Part shown: positions 50,073 through 58,324 of the stretch, one piece after another
Position numbering within the stretch: the first letter of the stretch is position 1
Layout: each line of letters starts with the position of its first letter
DNA from: a virus
Taxonomy: Duplodnaviria > Caudoviricetes
Reading direction: 5' to 3' (one strand)
IMG/VR virus record: IMGVR_UViG_3300031867_000009
Location: 32,001-96,000 of that record
DNA length: 64,000 nucleotides
Position numbers and translations under genes: made by a program
Notes under the pieces: generated by a model
Told to the model about the DNA's origin: nothing
Database searches by the model: none
The model's input: the letters and a program-made list of their open reading frames with translations, nothing else

Positions 50073-50594
50073 ATGTCAACAACAACGAATGTATCAACTT
50101 TAAAAATAAATTATTTAACGCAATCGCAATATGATACTGCATTAAATAATAATCAAATTAATGAAAATGAAATATATTTAACTCCTACCGAGGATATGAC
50201 TATGCAGGAGGTAGACGATTTTGTAAGTGAATTAGAGGTTGGTGGTAGTGGAACTGCAGTTGATTTAGTAGTAGATCAAGGCATTTCTGGGATGTGGACT
50301 TATAGAAAGTGGAGTAGTGGAATCGTCGAATGTTGGGGTATGACTGCGGCGAAAAGCCACGCTATGACACAACAATCCGGGTATGGTTATTGGGTAGCAG
50401 AAGACTATTCGCTGCCTAGCGGATTATTTACAAGTATAAGTAATGTCCAAGCAAATCGTTCCGCAGGACAAGGATTAGTATTTATTTCTGTATATAGCGC
50501 TACCGTATCAAGTATACAATGTTATGTTAGTTGTACCACAAGCATAACACAAACTTTCAGTATACATTTTGATGTTAAAGGTCGATGGAAATAG
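50073..50594 (+). CDS. tail-fibre C-terminal domain protein
   Basis: LKINYLTQSQYD N-motif; WTYRKWSSGIVECWG...GRWK. Confidence 0.65.
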   Translation: MSTTTNVSTLKINYLTQSQYDTALNNNQINENEIYLTPTEDMTMQEVDDFVSELEVGGSGTAVDLVVDQGISGMWTYRKWSSGIVECWGMTAAKSHAMTQQSGYGYWVAEDYSLPSGLFTSISNVQANRSAGQGLVFISVYSATVSSIQCYVSCTTSITQTFSIHFDVKGRWK

Positions 50595-50604
50595 GAGGAT
50601 ATAT

Positions 50605-51045
50605 ATGAGTAGTAATACAATTACAAGAAATGATTTAAAAAATATATTAAATGAAGCTTTACCTTCAACAGAAGTGGATTATATTCTTGAGCAAGGCACG
50701 GTTCAAACTACTAATAGTACTCTTTCTGCACCAATTAATTGGACTTATCGCAAATGGAATAGTGGAATAGCAGAGTGCTGGGGCACAGCGAATGTAGCTT
50801 CTCGAACTTATACAGCAAATGGTGGTTCTTATGGTTTTACTTTTCCTTATCCATCAAATCTTTTTATAGATAGTCCATCGTGTTTAGAAGTATCTGGAGG
50901 TATAAATGGCGTTGTTCAAACGCAAATGGGTTATACCGCAAATAATAATAAAGATTCTGGTCAAACATATTTGGTAAATCGAACTGCTTCAGCAGTAACT
51001 AATAGTGGTTGGGGTTTTATACATGCTATGGGCAGGTGGAAATAA
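50605..51045 (+). CDS. tail-fibre C-terminal domain protein, paralog of 50073
   Basis: WTYRKWNSGIAECWG...GRWK; start set by AGGAGG. Confidence 0.65.
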   Translation: MSSNTITRNDLKNILNEALPSTEVDYILEQGTVQTTNSTLSAPINWTYRKWNSGIAECWGTANVASRTYTANGGSYGFTFPYPSNLFIDSPSCLEVSGGINGVVQTQMGYTANNNKDSGQTYLVNRTASAVTNSGWGFIHAMGRWK

Positions 51046-51058
51046 ATATAAATAAATC

Positions 51059-51083
51059 AAAGACTACATCGTAGTCTTTTTTT
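51059..51083 (+). terminator. intrinsic terminator
   Basis: aagactac-atc-gtagtctttttt. Confidence 0.75.
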
Positions 51084-51166
51084 ATTGTCTAAAATCTATA
51101 CTCAACCTCCCAAAAACCCACTTATAAATGGAAATATCTATATCTATCTTAAAGGAGGTAACACAA

Positions 51167-51484
51167 ATGACATTAGAATTTTGGAAAGCTGCAGCAATCC
51201 GTGCAATCAAAACTTTCGCTCAAGCTATGGTAGCTCAAATCGGAGCTGGCTCTGTAGGCATCGTAGCCTTTGATTGGGTTGGCGCACTCTCTGTATCAGC
51301 TATGGCTGCAATTCTTTCTCTCTTCACATCACTCGCTGGTCTGCCAGAGGTCGCACTCATGCAAACTATTGACTCATATGATAACGACCCAGACGAAGAC
51401 GATGTAGAAGAATATGAAGAAGATGAGTTTGACGAAACCGAGGAAGTAGAGGAAACGGAAGAAAACGCAGAAAAGGAGGCATAA
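51167..51484 (+). CDS. holin (r1t-like) with acidic tail
   Basis: FWKAAAIRAIKTFAQ..DWVGALSV..SLFTSLAGLPEV; AAGGAGG SD. Confidence 0.85.
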   Translation: MTLEFWKAAAIRAIKTFAQAMVAQIGAGSVGIVAFDWVGALSVSAMAAILSLFTSLAGLPEVALMQTIDSYDNDPDEDDVEEYEEDEFDETEEVEETEENAEKEA

Positions 51485-51485
51485 T

Positions 51486-52055
51486 ATGGCACTTCTTACA
51501 AAAGAACAAAGAATCGTGCGTTTTAAATACCTTGGATATAAGTATAATAAAGAAGGTATTAAGGCACTTCAAAAAAAGTATATGCGTAAGAAAGACGTAG
51601 ACGGTGTATATGGAGAAGATACTGATAAAGTTCTTCGCCATGTATATAACGTCAAAAAATATACCAAGAATTTCTCACCAGAGGAGTTCAAATGTGAATG
51701 CGGCGGTAGATACTGTACAGGCTATCCTTCCTATATGAAGAAAGTCCAGTTACAAAATCTACAAGCTATTCGCGATCACTATAAAAAGCCAATGACCATT
51801 ACATGCGGACTTCGTTGTAAACCATATAACAATAAATTACGTGGTTCAATTCAGAACTCAAGACACCTCAATGGTCATGCAACTGACTTTTACATGCCAG
51901 GAGTCACCGATAGTCTTGCCAATAGAAAGAAATCTATCAAGTGGATTAGAACACTTCCAAACCACGGCTATACCTATGGTAATGGATATAATTCCTATGG
52001 CGCAAGAATATCTGCTGGCTATATGGGCAATGCTTTACACACAGATACAAAGTGA
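51486..52055 (+). CDS. endolysin, peptidase M15A-type
   Basis: DGVYG.DT PG-binding element; NFSPEEFKC.CG, TCGLRC..YN, SRH..G.ATD, ALHTD. Confidence 0.8.
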   Translation: MALLTKEQRIVRFKYLGYKYNKEGIKALQKKYMRKKDVDGVYGEDTDKVLRHVYNVKKYTKNFSPEEFKCECGGRYCTGYPSYMKKVQLQNLQAIRDHYKKPMTITCGLRCKPYNNKLRGSIQNSRHLNGHATDFYMPGVTDSLANRKKSIKWIRTLPNHGYTYGNGYNSYGARISAGYMGNALHTDTK

Positions 52056-52065
52056 GGTATAAACT

Positions 52066-52950
52066 ATGGGATTATTAGATAATATAGTGCGAGCCATTAA
52101 TGGTGCGCAAGTTGCTAGTGCGGCATACCACCCTACCTCACCATATACAGGTAAGCTCCCTTCTAAAACTGTTAAAAAGGGAAGCTCTGGCGCGAGTGTA
52201 AAGGCGGTACAGCGTTTTTTAAACTGGTGCATTAAGGCTGGTTTAAAGGTTGATGGCAGTTGCGGCAAGAAAACGGTATCTGCAATTAAGAAGTACCAAA
52301 AGCAATATAAGCTAAAGGTTGATGGTGTATTCGGCGGCGAGTCAAAAAGAAAGGCTGTAAAGATTATTAATAAATATAAAGCTAAACCTGCTTCAACTCC
52401 GGCTGCAAAACCTGCTCCGGCGCCAGCTGCGAATCCAAAGGTTACAGACTACTTAACCAAAGCTGAACTTGACAAATGGTTTGCGGCACTTAAAAAGCAA
52501 TACAAAAATGCAAAGAAATCGAAATATGTATGGGTTGAAGGCCCTACTTATAAGAATAGTAAAAAGAAATCAACTTGCATTGCAGAACATTCAGTAGCTT
52601 TACAGTTACTTGGTCTGCTTCCAAAAGGTGGTTATTTCTACTATCACCCAACAAAAAAGAAAATCAGTGGTAATCGCGCGAAGTATGTAAAGAAACATAC
52701 AGAGCTGTTCAAAATAATGTATCCGAATAAGAAGCTTACTACTCTTATTAAACAAGGTTTATTACAACCTGGTGACATTGTTGGTTTTGGTAATCCAGGC
52801 TATCACTCAATGGTATATCTTGGTTTAAATAGCAAGGGCAAGCCAATATTTGCTACTCTTGGACATACAAAGGGATACGCAATTACTTATCCTTCCTATG
52901 CAAAACGTAAGGTTAATATGATTGTAAGACTCAAAAAGGTTTCAAAATAG
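52066..52950 (+). CDS. PG-binding domain + putative NlpC/P60-like cell wall hydrolase
   Basis: VKAVQRFLN..LKVDG.CG..T..AIKKYQ..LKVDGVFG; P/A linker; TC..., LQPGDIV, YHSMVYLG. Confidence 0.7.
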   Translation: MGLLDNIVRAINGAQVASAAYHPTSPYTGKLPSKTVKKGSSGASVKAVQRFLNWCIKAGLKVDGSCGKKTVSAIKKYQKQYKLKVDGVFGGESKRKAVKIINKYKAKPASTPAAKPAPAPAANPKVTDYLTKAELDKWFAALKKQYKNAKKSKYVWVEGPTYKNSKKKSTCIAEHSVALQLLGLLPKGGYFYYHPTKKKISGNRAKYVKKHTELFKIMYPNKKLTTLIKQGLLQPGDIVGFGNPGYHSMVYLGLNSKGKPIFATLGHTKGYAITYPSYAKRKVNMIVRLKKVSK

Positions 52951-52957
52951 AGTAATT

Positions 52958-52988
52958 AAAAACGACTACTTATATGTAGTCGTTTTTT
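52958..52988. terminator. bidirectional intrinsic terminator
   Basis: aaaaacgactac-ttatat-gtagtcgtttttt between convergent modules. Confidence 0.85.
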
Positions 52989-53082
52989 ATTGGAAAAAAG
53001 TAGGTAGATATTCTAATGCAATTAATACAATTATTAATACACATATAAAAATTGGAATTTCATTATCATCCATTGGTTCCTC

Positions 53083-53286
53083 CTAGTTAAACTCGTCAAG
53101 TTCTACTTGTTCTTTTTGGTTCATATCTTCTGTCATCATAACTGCCATTATGCGGTCCGGCATAGGTTCGTCCATATTAGCAGTAAAGTTGCGTAAAGCT
53201 TTTTGAATTATGAAGTATTCACTTACTTCCAGTTGTAATTCAACACCTTTAACTTTATCTTCTCTTGTATATACGTTTACTTTCAT
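53083..53286 (-). CDS. hypothetical protein
   Basis: 67-aa ORF in minus-strand small-gene array. Confidence 0.6.
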   Translation of the reverse strand: MKVNVYTREDKVKGVELQLEVSEYFIIQKALRNFTANMDEPMPDRIMAVMMTEDMNQKEQVELDEFN

Positions 53287-53617
53287 TAGTATTTTACCCT
53301 ATTTTCTTTAACATTTGACAAATATCTTCTACTTCATATAAATCACAAGATTTGTTAGTTAGTTTACATATATAAGTCCAATAACAATGTTCCCATTCCT
53401 CTTCTGCGAATGGACAATCACCGCGCCAACCCGGCATTTCATCAACTAATAGTTTCATTTCTTTTTATCCCATTGTTTATGTATATTATATCTTGTTATA
53501 AAATAAGGAAAAGGAATTATAAAAGTATAATGTGGTGTCATAAATATAATCGCATCTGCAAAATAAGTTAAACGCCATTTAGGTGATGAATTATATCCTC
53601 TATAATACCATTTCATT

Positions 53618-53956
53618 CTAGTCTCCCATTACTTTCATAGCCTGTTCTTTTATTGTAGTGGCATGGCCGCGTTGTATGTCGATATATTCGGGTTTCTTTG
53701 CGACTTCTTCTGGATACATTTTACCAGATAAATATAATTCTAAATATGAAGCTCGTTCATGTATTAAATGAAAAGCTTCAAAATGTTCTTCAAATATCAT
53801 ACTATATATGTATCCTAATTTAACACTTAATTTAGGGAACACATGAGGATAATTACGTAGAACATAAGCAACTAAATCAATAAATACTTCTTCACCACTA
53901 AAACTTGAAGGATACATATCAATCATTGTTTTTAATTTCTCACGCGTTAATTTCAT
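53618..53956 (-). CDS. hypothetical protein
   Basis: 112-aa ORF, ATGA coupling. Confidence 0.65.
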   Translation of the reverse strand: MKLTREKLKTMIDMYPSSFSGEEVFIDLVAYVLRNYPHVFPKLSVKLGYIYSMIFEEHFEAFHLIHERASYLELYLSGKMYPEEVAKKPEYIDIQRGHATTIKEQAMKVMGD

Positions 53957-54111
53957 CTGTCTTCTCCCATTAATCGTTTTTGAATTTCTTTCTTCTGTTT
54001 GTCTGTTAAACTATCGAAGTCTAATTTAAAATCATTACATATTTTACTATCACTAATCCAATAATCTTCACAGTCCCAAGAATAACGATATTCACAATGT
54101 TCACATCTCAT
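53953..54111 (-). CDS. small Cys-rich protein (not in ORF track)
   Basis: MRCEHCEYRYSWDCEDY...LMGEDR*, ATGA-coupled at both ends. Confidence 0.6.
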   Translation of the reverse strand: MRCEHCEYRYSWDCEDYWISDSKICNDFKLDFDSLTDKQKKEIQKRLMGEDR

Positions 54112-54413
54112 TGTTTAATCACCTTCATTTTTGCACCACAGTTAGGACAATAATGTGATAATCCTAAACCATGCCAATATTCACTACCATAAATAAAAGT
54201 ATCTTCAGAAGCACCACATTCTGAACAGTAAGCATTATCATCTCGAACTATCCACTCCCCACGCTTCGGCTCGGCTGTTGGTGTATCTTTCATTAGCTTC
54301 AAAAGATTGTCTGCCATCCACCATCCATTTCTGTCTTTGTGTTCTTTTGCTCTATCTCGCCATACTTCACAATGGTTTATTGCATCATTGCGTTTAATTA
54401 AGTCATCACTCAT
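54108..54413 (-). CDS. Zn-ribbon protein
   Basis: DLIKR.DAI, GEW, CSECG, YCPNCGAKM. Confidence 0.75.
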   Translation of the reverse strand: MSDDLIKRNDAINHCEVWRDRAKEHKDRNGWWMADNLLKLMKDTPTAEPKRGEWIVRDDNAYCSECGASEDTFIYGSEYWHGLGLSHYCPNCGAKMKVIKQ

Positions 54414-54720
54414 CGTCTGCTCCTTTCATCCTTGCTCCGCAGTTAGGGCAGAACGAATAATCTGAAAGAATGATTCCGTCATAGCACGCTTTGCAGTTTG
54501 AACATTCGGCGCCGTATGATATACCGTGCCAGTTAGTTCCACCAAGCACTTTCCATTCCCCTTGCGGTCTGTCTGCGGAGGGTAAGTTTTTAATTTTATC
54601 TATCCCCCTACCTACAGTTTGATTTTGCCAAAAGAAAAGGATACTTGTATTAATATCGTCAGATAACATTGATTTTAATGCATTTATCGCATCGCTCCGT
54701 CTGATTAAATCCTTACTCAT
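54406..54720 (-). CDS. Zn-ribbon protein, paralog of 54108
   Basis: DLIRRSDAI, GEW, CSNC, FCPNCGARM. Confidence 0.75.
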   Translation of the reverse strand: MSKDLIRRSDAINALKSMLSDDINTSILFFWQNQTVGRGIDKIKNLPSADRPQGEWKVLGGTNWHGISYGAECSNCKACYDGIILSDYSFCPNCGARMKGADDE

Positions 54721-54890
54721 CGTCTGCTCCTTTCATTTCTTTCAATTCTTCAGGTGATAGAGGTTTAAATTCCAACGTTTTTTTTGGAACGGATATAAAT
54801 GAATTATCTTCTAACTGAAATAGGTATAGTTCGGTTCCGTTAGAATCGGTGGCTTCAAGACATTGCAGTTTCATCGTCTGCTCCTTTCAT
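54408..54890 (-). repeat. three copies of a 20-22-bp gene-junction direct repeat
   Basis: ATGAAAGGAGCAGACGATGA at 54408-54429, 54715-54736, 54871-54890. Confidence 0.95.
54713..54874 (-). CDS. small hypothetical protein (not in ORF track)
   Basis: MKLQCLEATDSNG...EMKGADDE*, starts and ends within junction repeats. Confidence 0.65.
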   Translation of the reverse strand: MKLQCLEATDSNGTELYLFQLEDNSFISVPKKTLEFKPLSPEELKEMKGADDE

Positions 54891-55367
54891 ATCTATTCTA
54901 TGATACATATATACAGTCTTACCCGTATATCTTCCCCATTCATCTAACTCACAAAACTTCACAGGTTCGCGGCCCGGCTTCTCCGACCACATACCGTCGC
55001 GCAAAACTTTAAAGTGAAAATCTACATCTATATTATAATCATCATCACATATACAGAACCCATTAAATGCGATTAGTTCTTTGTCTGACGTAGTTGGCGG
55101 CCGGCCGTCACAGAGTTCAAGTTCTCCATCAAATTCTTGTAGCATACCATCTACAAGTATATCTATATAATAGTTGGTTATTTCATCATTATCATATCCA
55201 TTCATCGCCATACATTCTATCCATTCATCGACGTATGAGCCTTCAATGGATTCTAAAAAGGTTTCTGGGTCATACCATTCGCGCAAGCGTAAAGCATAAC
55301 TACCGCAGTTGGCGCGAGCGCGATTTTTATTGTAATATTCTGGGTCTGAATTGCGTGTATATTCCAT
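54855..55367 (-). CDS. putative papain-fold (Cys-His) protein
   Basis: NCGSYAL, DFHF, GMWSEKPG motifs. Confidence 0.5.
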   Translation of the reverse strand: MEYTRNSDPEYYNKNRARANCGSYALRLREWYDPETFLESIEGSYVDEWIECMAMNGYDNDEITNYYIDILVDGMLQEFDGELELCDGRPPTTSDKELIAFNGFCICDDDYNIDVDFHFKVLRDGMWSEKPGREPVKFCELDEWGRYTGKTVYMYHRIDMKGADDETAMS

Positions 55368-55394
55368 TAAAATCTCCTTTCTATTCTTAATTTA

Positions 55395-55423
55395 ATTATA
55401 TAAGAATTTTGAGAAAATTTCAA
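55395..55423 (-). promoter_or_regulatory. sigmaA-type promoter (leftward)
   Basis: aaaTTGAAA-17-TATAAT. Confidence 0.7.
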
Positions 55424-55558
55424 TTTTAATTTTGTTTCATACCATCATTCTATGGCGCTGGCGCGAGTGTAAGGGCAAAAAATTAGATTTCTACTAATTA
55501 TATATACGCGCGCGGGCGCGCACGCGATTTTATCAGAAATTTTTTATTAAATCAAATT

Positions 55559-55587
55559 TTGAAAAATCCGCAAAATACTGATATAAT
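55559..55587 (+). promoter_or_regulatory. sigmaA-type promoter (rightward)
   Basis: TTGAAA-17-TATAAT with extended TG. Confidence 0.75.
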
Positions 55588-55611
55588 TATAATATATGAA
55601 AGGAGATTTTT

Positions 55612-55833
55612 ATGAAACAAATAGACCGAGTTTTTTTTACCGATATGATAGAACGCATTATAAATGCTTATAAGTGTGGTGAAGATAAATTACCAGGTGA
55701 TCGTTGTGAGCATTGTCCGTATGGATATGGATATTTAGATGACCATGGCGACCATACATTTTGGTGGTGTAATGATGATAAAATAGCAGATAATGCAATA
55801 AAACTGTTATATATCTTAAAGGAGAAAATTTAA
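55612..55833 (+). CDS. small Cys-containing protein
   Basis: CEHCPY motif; AAGGAG SD. Confidence 0.7.
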   Translation: MKQIDRVFFTDMIERIINAYKCGEDKLPGDRCEHCPYGYGYLDDHGDHTFWWCNDDKIADNAIKLLYILKEKI

Positions 55834-56234
55834 TGGACGACAAAGAAAAGTTTGGACGTTATGACGAAATCGTCAATACAATTTTAAAAAATATACTTGT
55901 AGAGCGCGAACGCTGTGGTAAAATTCTTCTATGGGATTTCAACCCGGTAGACCATGGAGATAGACTCTACTTTAATATCGCTGCAATAGTAGCTGATTTA
56001 AATAAAGAACCAATTTATTTAAATATGCACTTAATTGATTATCTTCTATTCAAATGGAAAAGAAGAAAGTCAAGAAAGAATCTGCGATATTTCGGACCGA
56101 ATCATGCGGTTGAATTAGATGATGAACACAAAACAAGTATCTACATTATAATGGATTTCATTCGAGAGCAAATGGGATTTGACTATTCATTATATAAAGA
56201 TATAAATGATGAATACTATGGATGGGTGGAATAG
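55833..56234 (+). CDS. hypothetical protein
   Basis: 133-aa ORF, AAGGAG SD. Confidence 0.7.
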   Translation: MDDKEKFGRYDEIVNTILKNILVERERCGKILLWDFNPVDHGDRLYFNIAAIVADLNKEPIYLNMHLIDYLLFKWKRRKSRKNLRYFGPNHAVELDDEHKTSIYIIMDFIREQMGFDYSLYKDINDEYYGWVE

Positions 56235-57380
56235 ATGAATTGTATAATAGATGGAATTGATTTTTATAACCTCGAAGCAATGAAATACTTCTCGCCTTCG
56301 ACTTCGTGGAGTGAAGATAAGAAAAAGCAAAATGCTATGGATAAAATCTTCAGCGGCGAATGGTGGGGCGCGCAAAAGCGTGATGGCATATTCTGTATGT
56401 GTGGAAAAAACCCAGAGGGTGAAATCTTTCTACGCCCGCGCGCAAAGAATACGAAAGGCGAGTTCGTAAATAAGGTTGATTGGGTTCCACAGATTCATTG
56501 GTTTCTCAATGAGTTAGAGCCAGGAACAGTTCTTCTTGGAGAGGTTTATCTTCCAAGAGATGAACAGGCAAAGACAACCACTTCCATAATGAATTGCTTA
56601 CTTAAAAAGTCACTCGCGCGCCAAGCCAAGCCAGAAGATAAATTGCATCTTTATGTATTTGATATTCTTGCAGATGCCGGTGAATCGTATCTGAATATGA
56701 AGGCAATTGATAGATTCCTTCGTGTGAGCGATTATGAAAAGAAATACAGTGGCTCATTCATAGACTGGGCAGAGTATAAGAATGGAAAAGAATTGTGGGA
56801 TATGTTGCAGATTCTTTTAGCAGAAGGTTTTGAGGGGGTAGTAATTACTTATCAAGATGCTCCATACCAGCCAGGTAAAAGGTCGAACAAAGTTTCTCTG
56901 AAAATTAAAAAGGAACTTCAAGATACTGTAGATTGTATCGTCATTGGCGCGAATCCACCGACGAAAGCATATAGCGGAAAAGAAATAGAAACTTGGGAGT
57001 ATTGGTTTGATGAAATTAATAATGGCTGTATTCTTGCTTCTGTTTACTTTGAAAGTCAGCATGAATCAATTTATAACAAGTATGTTAGTGGAGAACCAGT
57101 ATATCCAGTAACTAAAAACTGGTTCTATGGTTGGGCAGGCTCATGGAAGCTTGGTGCGTATAAAGATGGTAAGCTGATTCAAATTGGAAGCCTCAGTGGT
57201 CTCACTGATGAGCAGAAAGAAAATTGGAAAGACTACGTAGGTAAGATTGTTGAAGTTAGTGCGATGGAGACAAGTGAAAATCAAGAGGGTGGTAAGGGAC
57301 TTCGTCATCCGAAACTAATTGACATTAGAGATGATATTGCTCCTGAAGAATGTACATATGAAAGGATATTTGGCTTATGA
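56235..57380 (+). CDS. ATP-dependent DNA ligase
   Basis: motif I QKRDG, LLGEVY, YVFDIL, EGVVI, KIKK, LRHP..IRDD. Confidence 0.85.
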   Translation: MNCIIDGIDFYNLEAMKYFSPSTSWSEDKKKQNAMDKIFSGEWWGAQKRDGIFCMCGKNPEGEIFLRPRAKNTKGEFVNKVDWVPQIHWFLNELEPGTVLLGEVYLPRDEQAKTTTSIMNCLLKKSLARQAKPEDKLHLYVFDILADAGESYLNMKAIDRFLRVSDYEKKYSGSFIDWAEYKNGKELWDMLQILLAEGFEGVVITYQDAPYQPGKRSNKVSLKIKKELQDTVDCIVIGANPPTKAYSGKEIETWEYWFDEINNGCILASVYFESQHESIYNKYVSGEPVYPVTKNWFYGWAGSWKLGAYKDGKLIQIGSLSGLTDEQKENWKDYVGKIVEVSAMETSENQEGGKGLRHPKLIDIRDDIAPEECTYERIFGL

Positions 57381-57544
57381 TATTCTCAGTTATAGTAGCT
57401 AGTGTATTTGTCTTTGGCGGCCTCGTCTGTTATGCAAGTTGTTGGGCGGCCGGCCGCGCGGATGAACGAAGCGAACGATATTATTATCGCAAGAAATTAG
57501 AAAAAGAAGTGAAAAAGCAGAGTGAAAATTTGAAAAATAAATAA
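57377..57544 (+). CDS. small membrane protein (not in ORF track)
   Basis: MIFSVIVASVFVFGGLVCYASCWAAGRADERS..., ATGA-coupled. Confidence 0.55.
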   Translation: MIFSVIVASVFVFGGLVCYASCWAAGRADERSERYYYRKKLEKEVKKQSENLKNK

Positions 57545-57558
57545 ATTTTCTGTATAAT
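57530..57558 (+). promoter_or_regulatory. sigmaA-type promoter
   Basis: aaatTTGAAA-17-TATAAT. Confidence 0.7.
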
Positions 57559-57581
57559 ATATATAGAAAGTTGAGAGAAAA

Positions 57582-57755
57582 ATGAATATCGACGAACTAT
57601 ACGAACAAGCAATGTATCAAGAACATCTTTACTCCATTTGTCAACATCAATGTGATGGTATGAGTAATTGCAAGATGTTCGCGGAGGGTAATGACATAGG
57701 TTGTCTTAAAGCCTATCACTATTATCTCAATTTAATTAAAAATTTACAAACTTAA
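57582..57755 (+). CDS. small Cys-rich protein (not in ORF track)
   Basis: 57 aa MNIDELYEQ..C.HQC....C........C. Confidence 0.5.
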   Translation: MNIDELYEQAMYQEHLYSICQHQCDGMSNCKMFAEGNDIGCLKAYHYYLNLIKNLQT

Positions 57756-57758
57756 AAT

Positions 57759-57787
57759 TTGACGAAATTAAAAAATTCTGCTATAAT
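57759..57787 (+). promoter_or_regulatory. sigmaA-type promoter of the ncRNA operon
   Basis: aaatTTGACG-17-TATAAT with extended TG; no plus-strand ORF of 60 aa or more for 1.27 kb downstream. Confidence 0.85.
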
Positions 57788-57793
57788 TATATT

Positions 57794-57896
57794 ACAAAGT
57801 GAGATGAGAATTAATTTTCTGATTTGGGAAATACATTCACAGGGTGGTGGTCTCTTACTTTCTTTCCTTTCTACCACCACCCTTCCTTACAAGCGT
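57794..57896 (+). ncRNA. candidate sRNA: GC stem with 21-nt pyrimidine anti-SD loop
   Basis: agggtggtggt/accaccaccct stem, loop ctcttactttctttcctttct; bounded by promoter and ribozyme 1. Confidence 0.6.
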
Positions 57897-57978
57897 GGCA
57901 TCATGTAAGTGCCTCCCCGTGGCGATGCTGGAGATATGGGTTTTACTCCGTGGAGACTACCCTTGAGCTAAACTTACA
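57897..57978 (+). ncRNA. HDV-like self-cleaving ribozyme 1 (with P4)
   Basis: P1 ggcatc/gatgct, P2 tgtaagt/acttaca, P3 gcc/ggc, L3 tccccgt, GG for P1.1, P4 gggt..accc, J4/2 gCtaa. Confidence 0.85.
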
Positions 57979-58271
57979 GGCTACCAGGTGAGCAAATGTT
58001 CTGAAAGTCTTATTGGAAAGGATTTGCGGTTAGCTGACCTTAAAGCGACTAGTCAATGGTTGAAGACTTGGATGTGCGGCACCGGCCCCTAAAAGCGGAG
58101 ATACCATATTCTTGGTTTATGAATAGTCAATATAGACCTAAGCTTTGATAAAGCCGTTCAGCTTGCGAAAGGGTTAAGGGTAAGCCGGTTCTAACACACA
58201 TCGAAGGTCGTAGGGAGTATGTGTGAGGAGTGTATGCGTCCCTTAAGGAGTGACGTCCAACGCAGTTTTAT
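57979..58271 (+). ncRNA. unassigned structured RNA (~290 nt)
   Basis: stems aagtctt/aagactt, accggc/gccggt with ccct/aggg, acacat/atgtgt; no ORF; lies between ribozymes 1 and 2. Confidence 0.6.
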
Positions 58272-58324
58272 GGCACCAAGATAGACGCCTTCTCGCGGCG
58301 GTGCTGATTTCGACTAAGTCTATC
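58272..58324 (+). ncRNA. minimal HDV-like (theta-type) ribozyme 2
   Basis: P1 ggcacc/ggtgct, P2 gatagac/gtctatc, P3 gcc/ggc, L3 ttctcgc, no P4, J4/2 aCtaa. Confidence 0.9.

Noticed and set aside
48270-51045. Diversity-generating retroelement TR/VR pair
   Set aside because: Paralogous ends differ at all base types, not only adenines, and no reverse transcriptase is in the window
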